The notes beneath the pieces are model-generated. The model was given only the letters and a program-made list of their open reading frames with translations. It had not been told where the DNA came from and ran no database searches. Position numbers and translations under genes: made by a program. Shown here piece after piece: positions 46,449-55,956 of a stretch of 64,000 nt of DNA. Position 1 is the first letter of the stretch; each line of letters starts with the position of its first letter. Source of the DNA: an uncultured Flavobacteriales bacterium (GTDB lineage: Bacteria > Bacteroidota > Bacteroidia > Flavobacteriales_F > PHOS-HE28); assembly GCA_937872175.1 (NCBI GenBank), contig CALMPI010000019.1, forward strand, positions 53,651 to 117,650, given 5' to 3'.

Positions 46449-47945
46449 ATGCGCATCCCCTCCGCACTGTTGCTCACCACCCTGCCCCTGGCCGGCCTGC
46501 CGGCCCAGGACCAGCGCCGACTGGAGTTCCGCATCGCCGGCGCCGAGAAGGACACGGTCTTCCTGGCGAACTACTACGGCAACAAGCTCTACTACGCCGA
46601 CACCGCCGTGGCCGACGCCAAAGGTGCCGTCCTCTTCGACCGCCCCGAGGGCTACAAGGCCGGCGTGTATGCCGTGGTGGTGAAAGGCCCCAAGTACTTC
46701 GAGTTCATCGTGAACGAACCGGAGGTGCGCATGCGCACTTCCGCTGCCGACCTGATGGGCGCCATGGCCGTGGACAAAAGCCAGGAGAACAGCCTGTTCT
46801 TCGGCTACATCCGCTTCCTGAACGAGCGCAAGCAGCAGGGCGACAGCCTGCGCACCCTGCTGAACGGCGCAACCGACCCCCTCCGCCGCAGCGTGCTGAA
46901 AGGGCGCCTGGAGGAACTGGACAAGGAGGTGCGTGCCTACCAGTCCGACCTGGTGGCCAAGGCCCCGGGCTCCCTGGTGGCCGCCATCGTGCGCATGAGC
47001 ATGCCCGTGGACCTCGACAAGCCCAAGCTGCCCGACGGCCGGGTGGACAGCATCGCCGCCTACTATCAGTACCGTGAGCATTACTGGGACCACGTGGACC
47101 TGAAGGACCCGCGCATCATCCACACGCCGGTCTTCCAGAACAAGTTCGATGAGTACATCGGTGCGGTGGTGCCCCAGATCCCCGACACGATCATCAAGCT
47201 CGCCGACGACCTCATCGGCCGCCTCGGCCCCAGTGAGGACCTGTTCCGCTTCGTGGTGCATGGCATCACCTACAAGTACGAGACCAGCGACATCATGGGC
47301 ATGGACGCCGTGTTCGTGCACATGGCCCTCACCTACTACTGCCCCAAGGCCGGCGGCAACAGCAAGGCCTTCTGGATGAGCGAGGAGAAGCTCAAGAAGC
47401 TCTGTGAACGCGCCCAGAAGCAGGCCCCTTTGGTCATCGGCGCCAAGTCCGCCGAGCTTATCCTGCCCGACACCACCGAACAGATGTGGAAGAGCCTTCA
47501 CAAGCTGCCCAACGACTACGTGCTTCTGGTGTTCTGGGACCCCCACTGCGGCCATTGCAAGAAGGAGCTGCCCGCCCTGTACACCAGCTATCGCGACACG
47601 CTTCGCCCCATGGGCATCGAGGTCTTCAGCGTGGCCAAGGCCACCGACAAGAAGCTGTTCGACGACTGGAAGGCCTTCATCCGCGAGCACAAGATGGACT
47701 GGGTGAACGTGGGCCTCACCCACACCGTGTACGAGGAGGCCAAGAAGGACCCGTACAAGTACATCCCCAAGCTCACCACCCTGCAGAGCCTCAACTACGC
47801 CGACACCTACGACGTGTACGCCACCCCCAAGTACTTCCTCATCGGTCCCGACCGGAAGATCGTGGGCAAGCAGCTCAACCCCACCCAGGTGGCCGACCTG
47901 GTGAAGCGGTTGCGCGAACGGGACAAGGGGGCGGCGAAGCCCTAG
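46449..47945 (+). CDS. TlpA-like thiol:disulfide oxidoreductase (thioredoxin fold with N-terminal extension).
   Basis: Signal peptide and the thioredoxin motif VFWDPHCGHCKKELP. A -7 box TAGTTTTG lies immediately upstream of the ATG. Confidence 0.75.
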   Translation: MRIPSALLLTTLPLAGLPAQDQRRLEFRIAGAEKDTVFLANYYGNKLYYADTAVADAKGAVLFDRPEGYKAGVYAVVVKGPKYFEFIVNEPEVRMRTSAADLMGAMAVDKSQENSLFFGYIRFLNERKQQGDSLRTLLNGATDPLRRSVLKGRLEELDKEVRAYQSDLVAKAPGSLVAAIVRMSMPVDLDKPKLPDGRVDSIAAYYQYREHYWDHVDLKDPRIIHTPVFQNKFDEYIGAVVPQIPDTIIKLADDLIGRLGPSEDLFRFVVHGITYKYETSDIMGMDAVFVHMALTYYCPKAGGNSKAFWMSEEKLKKLCERAQKQAPLVIGAKSAELILPDTTEQMWKSLHKLPNDYVLLVFWDPHCGHCKKELPALYTSYRDTLRPMGIEVFSVAKATDKKLFDDWKAFIREHKMDWVNVGLTHTVYEEAKKDPYKYIPKLTTLQSLNYADTYDVYATPKYFLIGPDRKIVGKQLNPTQVADLVKRLRERDKGAAKP

Positions 47946-48085
47946 GGGCGTTCAACCGGCATCGGGGGAGCGGATCGGGGCGTGTGGTCATCTCGCCAGA
48001 CGAGCACGTGCGCTTCCCGCAGAGGCGGGACAGGTCGTGACGATGAGCGCCCTGTCCGGGGAACGGGGGAAGGTTCGAGCGCGGA

Positions 48086-51000
48086 TCAGTCGCGCTCGGT
48101 CTCGTTGGCCCAGATCATCTCCGTGATGCTCTGGCCGTTCTTGAAGTAGAAGGTGCCCCATTTGGCGATCACCTTGCTGTACTCGTCCGCCTTGTTGCCG
48201 TTCACCACCACGCGGCGGATGATCACCTTGTTGCCTTCGGTGTAGCTCTCCTCGGTGACGCCCGGGGGGTACTCGGTGGCCAGCTTGCTGCGGTTGTAAT
48301 CAGCAAAGTCCTTGGGCTGATTGAGGGGCGTGCGCGCCAGCTGCTCCTGCGCGGCGAGCCGCTGATCGGTGGCGCGCTGACTGAACTGCTGCCCCACCCG
48401 GGCCTGCACGTCCTTGGTCTCCTGCACCTGGTCGCGCTGGCCTCGGGCCAGCTCGGCGCCGCGTTCCTGCAAAGCCACCTGCCGGTCGATCTGGGCCGTC
48501 ACCTCATCGCGTGCCCGCTGGTTGCGGTCCAGCCCCATGCGGGCGTCCTGCTCCTGCTTGGCCTGCCATTGCTCCACGGCATTGCGCTGGGCCGCCACCT
48601 GTCCGGCATGGGCCTCATCCCGCCGGCGTGCGGCCTCGGCCTGTTGTTCCCGAGTGGCGTCCACCGTACCCTTCGCACCTCCCCGGGCCTGTGCTGAGCG
48701 CTCCTGCCGCGCCCGCTCGGCCTCCGCCAGGGACTCCTGATAGGCACGCATCTGCTCGGCGTAGGCCTTGCGCTGCTCCTCGCTGCCCTGGTACAACTGC
48801 TGGTCGTTCTCCTCGATGCGTTGCTTGTACGTCACGCCATCCTGCCGGCGCGTGTACGCCTCGTTCTGGTTGGCGAGCTCCTCGTCCGTGAGGTCCCGCC
48901 GCAGCTTCTTGATGCGCTCATACTTCTCGGCCTCCTCGCGCAACCGGGCCTCGCGCATGAACTCCTCGGCCTCCTGCTCCTTGCGCATATCGATCGTGGT
49001 GCTGCTGCGCTTGGGCGGCGGCGGCGGCTCCTCCTTCACCACAGGCCGGGCGGCCAGTTCGGCCTCGCGGCGGCGGCGCTCCTCCTCGGCCACCAACCGG
49101 TCGATCTCGGCGATGCGGTCGCTGGGATAGGTCTCGGACGGTTTGATGTCCAGGGCCTGGGCGTAGAGGCCACGCGCTTCCGCCCAGCTCTTGGCCCCGA
49201 AGGCCAGGTCGGCCTCGGTGATGGCCTTTCGGTAGCGCTCTTCCAGCAGGCGCGCGGATTCGCCCTTCATGCGTTCGGCCTCGGCGGCCAGGCGGGCGGC
49301 CTCCGCGGCCTCGGCCTCGCGGCGGCGACGCTCCTCCTCCGCCCGGCGCTGTTCCTCGGCCAGCCGCTCGGCCTCGCTCAAGGCCGCAGCACGCTTGGCC
49401 AGTTCGCTCTCGATCAGCGCCAGCCGGTCCTTCGGATACTGCTCGTCGGGCTTCACCGTCAGGGCCTCGGTGTACTTCTCGCGGGCCCGGTCGAACTGCT
49501 CGCCGTCGAAGGCCAGGTCGGCCGCAGCGATCAGCTCGCGGTACTGACGCTCCAGCGCCTCTGCCCCCGCTTTGAGCCGGGCCTCTTCAGCCGCAGCGGC
49601 ATCGGCGGCGGCCTTGTCGCGGGCCGCCTTCTCGGCGGCGAGGCGGGCGGCCTCATCCTTGGCCGCCAGGTCAGCGAGGATCCGGTCGATCTCCGCCAGC
49701 TTGTCCTTGGGGTATTGCTCGTCCGGCTTCACCCCCAGCGCATCGGTGTAGGCCATGCGCGCATCGTCGTACTTACTGAGGCTGAAGGCCTTGTCCGCCT
49801 TGGCCAGGAAGGCCTGGTAGCGCGCGTCCAGGTCGGCCTTCTCCCGGGCGAGACGCTCCTCCTCGGCCTTGGCCTGCGCCGCGGCATCGAGCTTTTGCTC
49901 GATCTCGGCGATGCGCGCCTTGGGATGCTCCTCGGCCGGCTTCAGTGTCAGCGCATCCTTGTAGTCGTTCAGCGCAGCGGCCCATTGCTCGCCCGCGAAC
50001 GCCTTGTCCGCCTTGCCGATCAGCTCGGCGTAGCGGGCCTCCAACTCCTGGCGCTTGCGCTCCTCCTCGGCCTTGCGGGCCAATTCGGCCAGGATGCCGT
50101 CGATCTCGGCGATCTTCTGCTTCGGGTAGCCCTCCTCGGGCTTCAGGTTGGCCGCCTCGATGAACTTGGCCTTGGACTGGTCATACTCCTTCTTGCCCAA
50201 CAGGGCATCGGCCAGCGCCACCACATCGCCGTAGCGCGCGTCGAGCTCCTTCCGTTTGCGCTCCTCCTCGGCCTTCGCAGCCAGTTCGGCGATGCGCTTG
50301 TCGATGGCCACCAGCTGATCCTTGGGATACTTCTCCGCCGGCTTCAACGCCAGCGCCTCGGTGTACTTCGCCTTGGCCTCGTCGAACCCATCCTTCTGGA
50401 ACGCCGCGTCGGCGGCAGCGATGGCGGCCTGGTACTTCTCGTTCAGTTCGCGCTGCTTGCGCTCCTCCTCCGCCTTGGCGGCCAGCTCGGCCAGCTTCTT
50501 GTCGATGGCGGCCAGCTGGTCCTTCGGATACTTCTCCGCGGGCTTCAGGCCGAGGGCCTCGTTGTACCTGCCCTTGGCGCCCTCATAGTCCGCCCCCTTG
50601 AAGGCCGCATCACCGGCGGCGATGGCCGCATCGTACTTGGCCTGAAGCTCCTTCGCCATCCGCTCCTCCTCCGCCTTCTTGGCCAGCTCGGCCAGCTTGG
50701 CCTCGATGGCCGCCAGCTGGTCCTTGGGGTATTTCTCCTCCGGCTTCAGGGTGGAGGCTTCCGTGTACTTGCCCTTGGCCTGGTCGTAGTTCGCCGCCTT
50801 GAAGGCCGCATCGGCCGCGGCGATCAGTGCGGTGTATTGCGCCTCAAGCTCCTTGCGCTTGCGCTCCTCCTCCTCCTTCTTGGCCAGTTCGGCCAGCTTG
50901 GCGTCGATGGCCAGCAACTGGTCCTTGGGGTACTTCTCGTCAGGCTTCAAGCCGGCCGCCTCGGTGTATGGGGCCTTGGCCTGCTCGAACTTGCCGCCCT

Positions 51001-51970
51001 TGAAGGCCTCATCCCCCGCCTTGATGGCCGCGTCGTACTTCGCCTGGAGCTCCTTGGCCTTCTTCTCCTCCTCCGCCTTCCTGGCCAGGTCGGCCAGCAG
51101 GGTGTCGATCTCCTTCAGCTTCTGCTTCGGGTAGGCCTCCTGGTCCTTCACGTCCAGCGCCGCGTTGTACTTCACCTTGGCGCCCTCGTAGTCCTTCTTG
51201 CCGAACAGGGCATCGGCCTCCTTGATCAACGCCGCGTACTGCTCCTCCCGCTTCTTCTGGCCCTCCAGCTCGTCGAGCTTCATCCGCGCATCGCTCAGCT
51301 TGGCCGTGGCGATGGGATCGCCGGCCTTGATCGCCAGCGCACCGGTGAACGATTCCACGGCCTTCTTGAAGTCCGCAGCGCCCATGGCCGCCTCGCCCTG
51401 CTGCATCAGCTTGGCGAACTCGGCATCGGCCCCGGCCTCGCGCCGCTTCTTGTCCTCGTACTCCTTCATCAACCGCGCGATCTCGCTGCGGATCTGCTCG
51501 GTGTACTGCAGGTCCCAGGTGACCTCGCTGCTCGTGGGGTCGAACTTGGCCTTGCCGATCGGCTGATTGAGCACCGTGAAATCGATGCCCGGCAGCTCCT
51601 GGAACAAGGTCATCTCGATGTTCATCCCGTGGCCGCCCACCCGCTCCTCCTCCGGGATGTTCCGCGTGTCGATCGTGATGTTCTTGCTCACGATGCCCGG
51701 CTTGGAGTACACGATCTTGTAGTCCGCTCCGTAGTCCAGGTTGAACTCGTACTTGCCGCTGGCGTTGGTGGTGGTCTCGGTGAGCTTCGCGCCGTTCTTG
51801 AAGACGCTCACGATCACGCCGTCCATCTTCTTGGCGCTGGTGTAGTCCTTCACCGTGCCGTACACGTACACGTTGTCCACCTGGGCGTGGGCGGCGCCGG
51901 CCAGCAGCACCAACGCACAGAGCAGGCCGAGCAGCCTACCTTGCCAACGGGTTCCGAAAGGGATTCGCAT
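48086..51970 (-). CDS. Large secreted repeat protein. It has an N-terminal CarboxypepD_reg-like domain, about 13 tandem 48-aa TPR-like helical repeats, a Glu/Arg/Gln-rich coiled-coil and a conserved C-terminal domain (a paralog of 32301-33464).
   Basis: Signal peptide MRIPFGTRWQGRLLGLLCALVLLAGAAHAQ. VYGTVKDYTSAKKMDGVIVSVFKNG matches the CarboxypepD_reg-like fold. The repeat unit is KYTEAL.LKP.EKYPKDQLAAID.KLAELA.KAEEERK.KEL.A.Y. The C-terminus is KVIIRRVVVNGNKADEYSKVIAKWGTFYFKNGQSITEMIW. Confidence 0.75.
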   Translation of the reverse strand: MRIPFGTRWQGRLLGLLCALVLLAGAAHAQVDNVYVYGTVKDYTSAKKMDGVIVSVFKNGAKLTETTTNASGKYEFNLDYGADYKIVYSKPGIVSKNITIDTRNIPEEERVGGHGMNIEMTLFQELPGIDFTVLNQPIGKAKFDPTSSEVTWDLQYTEQIRSEIARLMKEYEDKKRREAGADAEFAKLMQQGEAAMGAADFKKAVESFTGALAIKAGDPIATAKLSDARMKLDELEGQKKREEQYAALIKEADALFGKKDYEGAKVKYNAALDVKDQEAYPKQKLKEIDTLLADLARKAEEEKKAKELQAKYDAAIKAGDEAFKGGKFEQAKAPYTEAAGLKPDEKYPKDQLLAIDAKLAELAKKEEEERKRKELEAQYTALIAAADAAFKAANYDQAKGKYTEASTLKPEEKYPKDQLAAIEAKLAELAKKAEEERMAKELQAKYDAAIAAGDAAFKGADYEGAKGRYNEALGLKPAEKYPKDQLAAIDKKLAELAAKAEEERKQRELNEKYQAAIAAADAAFQKDGFDEAKAKYTEALALKPAEKYPKDQLVAIDKRIAELAAKAEEERKRKELDARYGDVVALADALLGKKEYDQSKAKFIEAANLKPEEGYPKQKIAEIDGILAELARKAEEERKRQELEARYAELIGKADKAFAGEQWAAALNDYKDALTLKPAEEHPKARIAEIEQKLDAAAQAKAEEERLAREKADLDARYQAFLAKADKAFSLSKYDDARMAYTDALGVKPDEQYPKDKLAEIDRILADLAAKDEAARLAAEKAARDKAAADAAAAEEARLKAGAEALERQYRELIAAADLAFDGEQFDRAREKYTEALTVKPDEQYPKDRLALIESELAKRAAALSEAERLAEEQRRAEEERRRREAEAAEAARLAAEAERMKGESARLLEERYRKAITEADLAFGAKSWAEARGLYAQALDIKPSETYPSDRIAEIDRLVAEEERRRREAELAARPVVKEEPPPPPKRSSTTIDMRKEQEAEEFMREARLREEAEKYERIKKLRRDLTDEELANQNEAYTRRQDGVTYKQRIEENDQQLYQGSEEQRKAYAEQMRAYQESLAEAERARQERSAQARGGAKGTVDATREQQAEAARRRDEAHAGQVAAQRNAVEQWQAKQEQDARMGLDRNQRARDEVTAQIDRQVALQERGAELARGQRDQVQETKDVQARVGQQFSQRATDQRLAAQEQLARTPLNQPKDFADYNRSKLATEYPPGVTEESYTEGNKVIIRRVVVNGNKADEYSKVIAKWGTFYFKNGQSITEMIWANETERD
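49270..51280. repeat. About 13-14 tandem 144-bp in-frame coding repeats (48-aa units) inside gene 48086-51970.
   Basis: The periodic protein repeat is visible in the translation. The antisense frames show ladder-like spurious ORFs. Confidence 0.7.
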
Positions 51971-52061
51971 GCGCTGCGGATGTCCTGAACGACCCCGCAA
52001 AGTACGACATCCCGGGCGCTGCGGCCGTCCGCACCCGCTCCCCTCCCATCCACGATCGGCC

Positions 52062-53189
52062 GTGCACAGCATCTGGGAACAGCGCAGTTTCGGGCCGCCG
52101 GTGGACCTGGCAGTGGTGGGCGCCGGGCTCGTGGGCCTCTGGGCCGCCGTGCACGCCCGCCGCCGCTGGCCCCGCCGCCACGTGCTCGTCGTGGAACGCG
52201 GCCCCCATCCCTCCGGCGCCAGCGTGCGCAACGCCGGCTTCGCCTGCTTCGGCAGCCCCAGCGAACTGCTCGCCGACCTGGAGGCCGAGGGCGCCGACGC
52301 CGCACTGGCCCGCGTGGCCGATCGGTGGCAGGGGCTGCAGGAGCTGCGCAAGGAACTGGGGGACGCGGTCATCGGCTTCGAGCCCACGGGCGGTCATGAG
52401 GTGTACGCCGCGGACGACCCGCTGTACACCCGCGTGGCCGAGGGGTTCGATCGGCTCAACGACCTGCTCCGCCCCATCACCGGACCAGGCACCTTCCACT
52501 GGCTGCCCGACGGCGCCGACCGCTTCGGCCTGGCCCCCGGCACCCGCATGGCCCGCACCGACCTCGAAGGCCCGGTGGACAGCGGCCGGCTGATGCAGGC
52601 CCTGCTCCAGTTGGCCCGGCAGCACGGGGTGGAGTTCCGCTGGGACCTGCCCGTGGAGCGGCTGGAACCCACGGCCCACGGGGTGGACCTGGTGACGGCC
52701 CACGGCCCCGCCCTGCGCGCCCGCCAGGTGCTGGTGGCCACCAACGGCTACGCCCGCCAGCTGCTGCCCGAGGTGGACGTGCAGCCCGCGCGCGGCCAGG
52801 TGCTGCTCACGGCGCCCATCCCCGGCCTGCGGTTGCAGGGCACCTTCCACGCCCACGAGGGCTACTACTACTTCCGCGACCTGGGCGGCGCCGTGCTGCT
52901 GGGTGGAGCGCGCCACCTGGACAAGGCCGGGGAGACCACCTGGGACGAAGGCACCAGCCCCCATCTGCAGGCCGCGCTGGAGGACTTCCTGCACCGGCAC
53001 ATCCTGCCCGGCCAGCGGCCCGCCATCGCCCACCGGTGGAGCGGGGTGATGGGCTTCCGCACCCAGGGCAAAACGCCGGTGGTGGCCCCCGTGCGGCCGG
53101 GCGTGGTGGCCGCCGTCGGCCTCAGCGGCATGGGTGTGGCCATCGGCATCCGCGTGGCCCGGCAGGCGGTGGGGCTGCTGGAGGGGTAA
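52062..53189 (+). CDS. FAD-dependent oxidoreductase (DAO / glycine-oxidase-like). The start codon is uncertain (GTG).
   Basis: FAD-binding DLAVVGAGLVGLWAA plus a DAO-family C-terminal half. The six-frame ORF start at 51855 overlaps the upstream gene, so the true start is probably the internal GTG. Confidence 0.65.
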   Translation: MHSIWEQRSFGPPVDLAVVGAGLVGLWAAVHARRRWPRRHVLVVERGPHPSGASVRNAGFACFGSPSELLADLEAEGADAALARVADRWQGLQELRKELGDAVIGFEPTGGHEVYAADDPLYTRVAEGFDRLNDLLRPITGPGTFHWLPDGADRFGLAPGTRMARTDLEGPVDSGRLMQALLQLARQHGVEFRWDLPVERLEPTAHGVDLVTAHGPALRARQVLVATNGYARQLLPEVDVQPARGQVLLTAPIPGLRLQGTFHAHEGYYYFRDLGGAVLLGGARHLDKAGETTWDEGTSPHLQAALEDFLHRHILPGQRPAIAHRWSGVMGFRTQGKTPVVAPVRPGVVAAVGLSGMGVAIGIRVARQAVGLLEG

Positions 53190-53331
53190 ATGATCACCCA
53201 CCTCCGCCCCCGCTCCACCGCCCTCCACGACCCGGCCGACTTCAGCGTCAGCGAGCAGAACGGCGGGCTGCCCCTGTGGTGGGCCGAGCGCCCGCCGGAA
53301 CGGAGAAGGGACCGCTTGCGCGATCCCTTCG

Positions 53332-53406
53332 TGGAGCCTCCTGTCAGATTTGAACTGACGACCTGCTCATTACGAATGAGCTGCTCTACCGCTGAGCTAA
53401 GGAGGC
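53332..53406 (-). tRNA. tRNA-Thr (anticodon CGU).
   Basis: The reverse complement folds as a cloverleaf. It has a 7-bp acceptor stem GCCUCCU/AGGAGGC, D-arm GCUCAGCGGUAGAGC, anticodon stem-loop GCUCA-UUCGUAA-UGAGC, T-arm GUCAG-UUCAAAU-CUGAC, discriminator U and an encoded CCA. Confidence 0.85.
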
Positions 53407-53451
53407 CGGTCCCCGCCGACCGTTCCGTCGGCGGGGCTGCAAATGTAGACG

Positions 53452-54720
53452 TTAGCGCTTCACCACGGGCACGGCGGCACGGCCGGGCAGCTGGGCGCTG
53501 TAGACGCCCGGGGCCAGGCCGGTGAGGTCGATCACCAGGCGGGCCGTGCTGAGGCGCTCCTGCCGAAGCACCCGGCCCGAGGCATCGCGCAGGGTGAGCA
53601 GCTCACCCACCGCATCGCTCACCACGCTGAGCGCGTCGGTCGCAGGCACGGGGAAGACCTCCAGGCCGCTGGCGGCCACCTCGGCGATGCCGGTGAAGGC
53701 CCGCACGTCCAGCGCCAGGCGGCCGGGGCTGACGCCCACCGCCGTGCTGCTGAGCTCGGTGCCGTCCGGCGTCAGCACATGCAGGGTGCCGCTGGTGAGG
53801 AAGTCGGTGGTGGTGGCGTAGAGCACCCCGTTGAGCGGATCGTGCAGCAGGCTGTAGGGGAAGAGCGGGCTGACGAGGGTGTCCAGCACGCCGCCGGTGC
53901 CGGTGTCGAACCGCGCCATGCGGCCCACGGCATACTCGCTGAAGACCACCTTGTCCGCCACCAGTTCGCTGGCGCCGCAGCCGCTGTTGAGGGCCACGTT
54001 GGCCGTGTAGCTGAAGGCGCCATCGGTGGCCACCCTGCTGATGGCGCTGCCGCTGAAGTCCTTGTTGCAGAACACGTACAGGTCCTGGCCGGACACCATG
54101 ATCCGCTCGGGGTTGCGCCCGTCGGGGCCGAGGTCCACCTGCTGCACGTAGCTCTGCGCGATGAGGTCCACGATACCCACGAAGCCCACCAGGTTGCCCC
54201 AGTCGAAGGCGTTGCCCACGGCCAAATAGGCCTTGTCGCCCACCACCTGCACGTCCTCGGCGCTGTGCAGCAGTCCGTCGGCCGGGGTGAGGGTGTAGAG
54301 CAGGTCCAGCGTGGCCGCGTCGCGGGCCTCGAAGTAGTGGGGCAGCCCGCCGAGCTCGCCGCGGGTGAGCAGCACCTGCCCGTTCCACAGGGCCAGCTTG
54401 CGGATGCCCGGCACGGCGGCCTGGTCGAGCAGGGCGTACGTATCGGCGTCGTACGACAGCAGCTGGCCATCGGCCGCCACGTACACCACGCCGTCGGCCA
54501 CGTCCACATCGCTGGCGAAGCGCTGCCCGGCGATGGTAGCCACCGTTTGGTAGGTGCCCGAGGCCGGGTCGTAGCTGCCGAGGGAGACGGGCACCTCCTG
54601 CGTTTGCGTGTTCATGTTGTAGTAGCCCTCGTTGAGCACGAACACCTGGTGCACGAACGACTGGGCGGTGGCCACGGCCACCAAGCCGCTGAGCGCGGCT
54701 GAACAAAGGGAACGGTACAT
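53452..54720 (-). CDS. Secreted beta-propeller-like (YVTN/YncE-type) protein with T9SS C-terminal domain.
   Basis: Signal peptide MYRSLCSAALSGLVAVATAQ and Por_Secre_tail-like last 75 aa (...LEVFPVPATDALSV...GVYSAQLPGRAAVPVVKR). Confidence 0.7.
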   Translation of the reverse strand: MYRSLCSAALSGLVAVATAQSFVHQVFVLNEGYYNMNTQTQEVPVSLGSYDPASGTYQTVATIAGQRFASDVDVADGVVYVAADGQLLSYDADTYALLDQAAVPGIRKLALWNGQVLLTRGELGGLPHYFEARDAATLDLLYTLTPADGLLHSAEDVQVVGDKAYLAVGNAFDWGNLVGFVGIVDLIAQSYVQQVDLGPDGRNPERIMVSGQDLYVFCNKDFSGSAISRVATDGAFSYTANVALNSGCGASELVADKVVFSEYAVGRMARFDTGTGGVLDTLVSPLFPYSLLHDPLNGVLYATTTDFLTSGTLHVLTPDGTELSSTAVGVSPGRLALDVRAFTGIAEVAASGLEVFPVPATDALSVVSDAVGELLTLRDASGRVLRQERLSTARLVIDLTGLAPGVYSAQLPGRAAVPVVKR

Positions 54721-55098
54721 GGACGGGATGGTTTGGTGCCGCGTTCACCGCGCGGCGGTTTCGTGAAACCCATCGATCCGGGACGGGGCCTGTACCGCAA
54801 GCACCCACCCCGGTCCGGGGGCCGATCGACAGTGCAGGCCGGCAGGTCTTCTGGCTCACCCCCCTACCCCGGGCGCCTTCCCATTCCGCCGGAGCGGAAC
54901 AGTGGCGTTGGCCCGGGGCCTCGGTGGTTCACAGCTGCGGGAACAGCTCCCGGTTCGCACGGGATTCCCTCTTGCTCCTTCGGGTACGGCACCGGGCGGT
55001 ACCGCGCCTTCCGGGCTGTGTCCGATGCCTTGCGGCACCGGCGCACCGGCTTGCGGGGGCGAAGGTAGGCCCAGCGGCCGAACGGTATCTTGGCCGCG

Positions 55099-55956
55099 AT
55101 GAGCGCCCCGTACGAGCTGCGCCCGCTGGACCTGTCCGACGCGGGCCTGGCGCAGGTGAACGCCCTGCTGCGCACCGTGTTCCCGGAGGCGGCCCACTTC
55201 ACGGCGGACGTGCTGCGCTGGCAGTATGTGGACAACCCGGACGGCCCCGCCGTGGGCTTCAACGCGTGGGCCGGCGACACGCTCGCGGCGCACTACGTCA
55301 CCATCCCGATGCGGGCCCGCGTGGACGGTGTGGAGGAGGCCGGGCTGCTGTCGCTGAACACGGCCACACATCCGCAGCACCAGGGCAAGGGCCTGTTCAC
55401 GCGGCTCGCCGAGGCCACCTACGCGGCCGGAGCAGAACAGGGCTGCGGCTTCGTGGTGGGCGTGGCGAACGCTAACAGCACGCCCGGCTTCACGCGCAAG
55501 CTGGGCTTCCAGCTGGTTTCCCCACTGGATGCGCGCCTTGGGGCCGGCCCCCTGCCCTGGCGCGCCCATGCCCCCGGACCGCGTTTCGCACCCGTGCATG
55601 ATGCGGGGAAGCTGGCGTGGCGGCTGGCGCATCCGGCCTACCGCTACGGCCGTGCGCTTCAAGGCGACCACACCGTGCTGTTGAGCGCCCGCCGCATGAA
55701 GGGCTTCCGCTTCGTGCTGGGCGTGGAGCCGGGCACCCGGACCGCCGAGGAGCTACCGCTGCGATCGGCACCGCTGCTGAAGGCCTTCATCGGCCTGGAC
55801 CCCGCGCTGCGCTGGTCGGGATCGACCTATTGGAACGTGCCCATGAGGTTCCGACCGGCACCGCTGAACTTCATCTTCAAGGACCTCAGCGGGCGCGGCC
55901 GTCAGCTGGAAGCCGGCGCGGTGCGCTTCCACGCCACCGATTTCGACGTGCTTTAG
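55099..55956 (+). CDS. GNAT-family N-acetyltransferase.
   Basis: Acetyl-CoA-binding motif HPQHQGKGLFTRL. Overall GNAT-like length. Confidence 0.65.
   Translation: MSAPYELRPLDLSDAGLAQVNALLRTVFPEAAHFTADVLRWQYVDNPDGPAVGFNAWAGDTLAAHYVTIPMRARVDGVEEAGLLSLNTATHPQHQGKGLFTRLAEATYAAGAEQGCGFVVGVANANSTPGFTRKLGFQLVSPLDARLGAGPLPWRAHAPGPRFAPVHDAGKLAWRLAHPAYRYGRALQGDHTVLLSARRMKGFRFVLGVEPGTRTAEELPLRSAPLLKAFIGLDPALRWSGSTYWNVPMRFRPAPLNFIFKDLSGRGRQLEAGAVRFHATDFDVL

Noticed and set aside
49270-51280. Regular 144-bp tandem repeats that could be mistaken for a CRISPR array or non-coding VNTR.
   Set aside because: The repeats are in frame within a long ORF and encode a coherent 48-aa helical repeat. There are no unique spacers and no cas genes. 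It is a coding tandem-repeat protein.
53332-53406. The tRNA-Thr gene as an integration site for a genomic island.
   Set aside because: No direct repeat of the tRNA 3-prime end was spotted nearby and no integrase is adjacent. Neighbours (FAD oxidoreductase, T9SS propeller protein) have native-like composition. I could not scan the whole window exhaustively for the 3-prime-end repeat.
53190-53525. 111-aa plus-strand ORF next to the oxidoreductase gene.
   Set aside because: It overlaps the tRNA-Thr gene on the opposite strand and has Arg/Pro-rich low-complexity translation. It is spurious.
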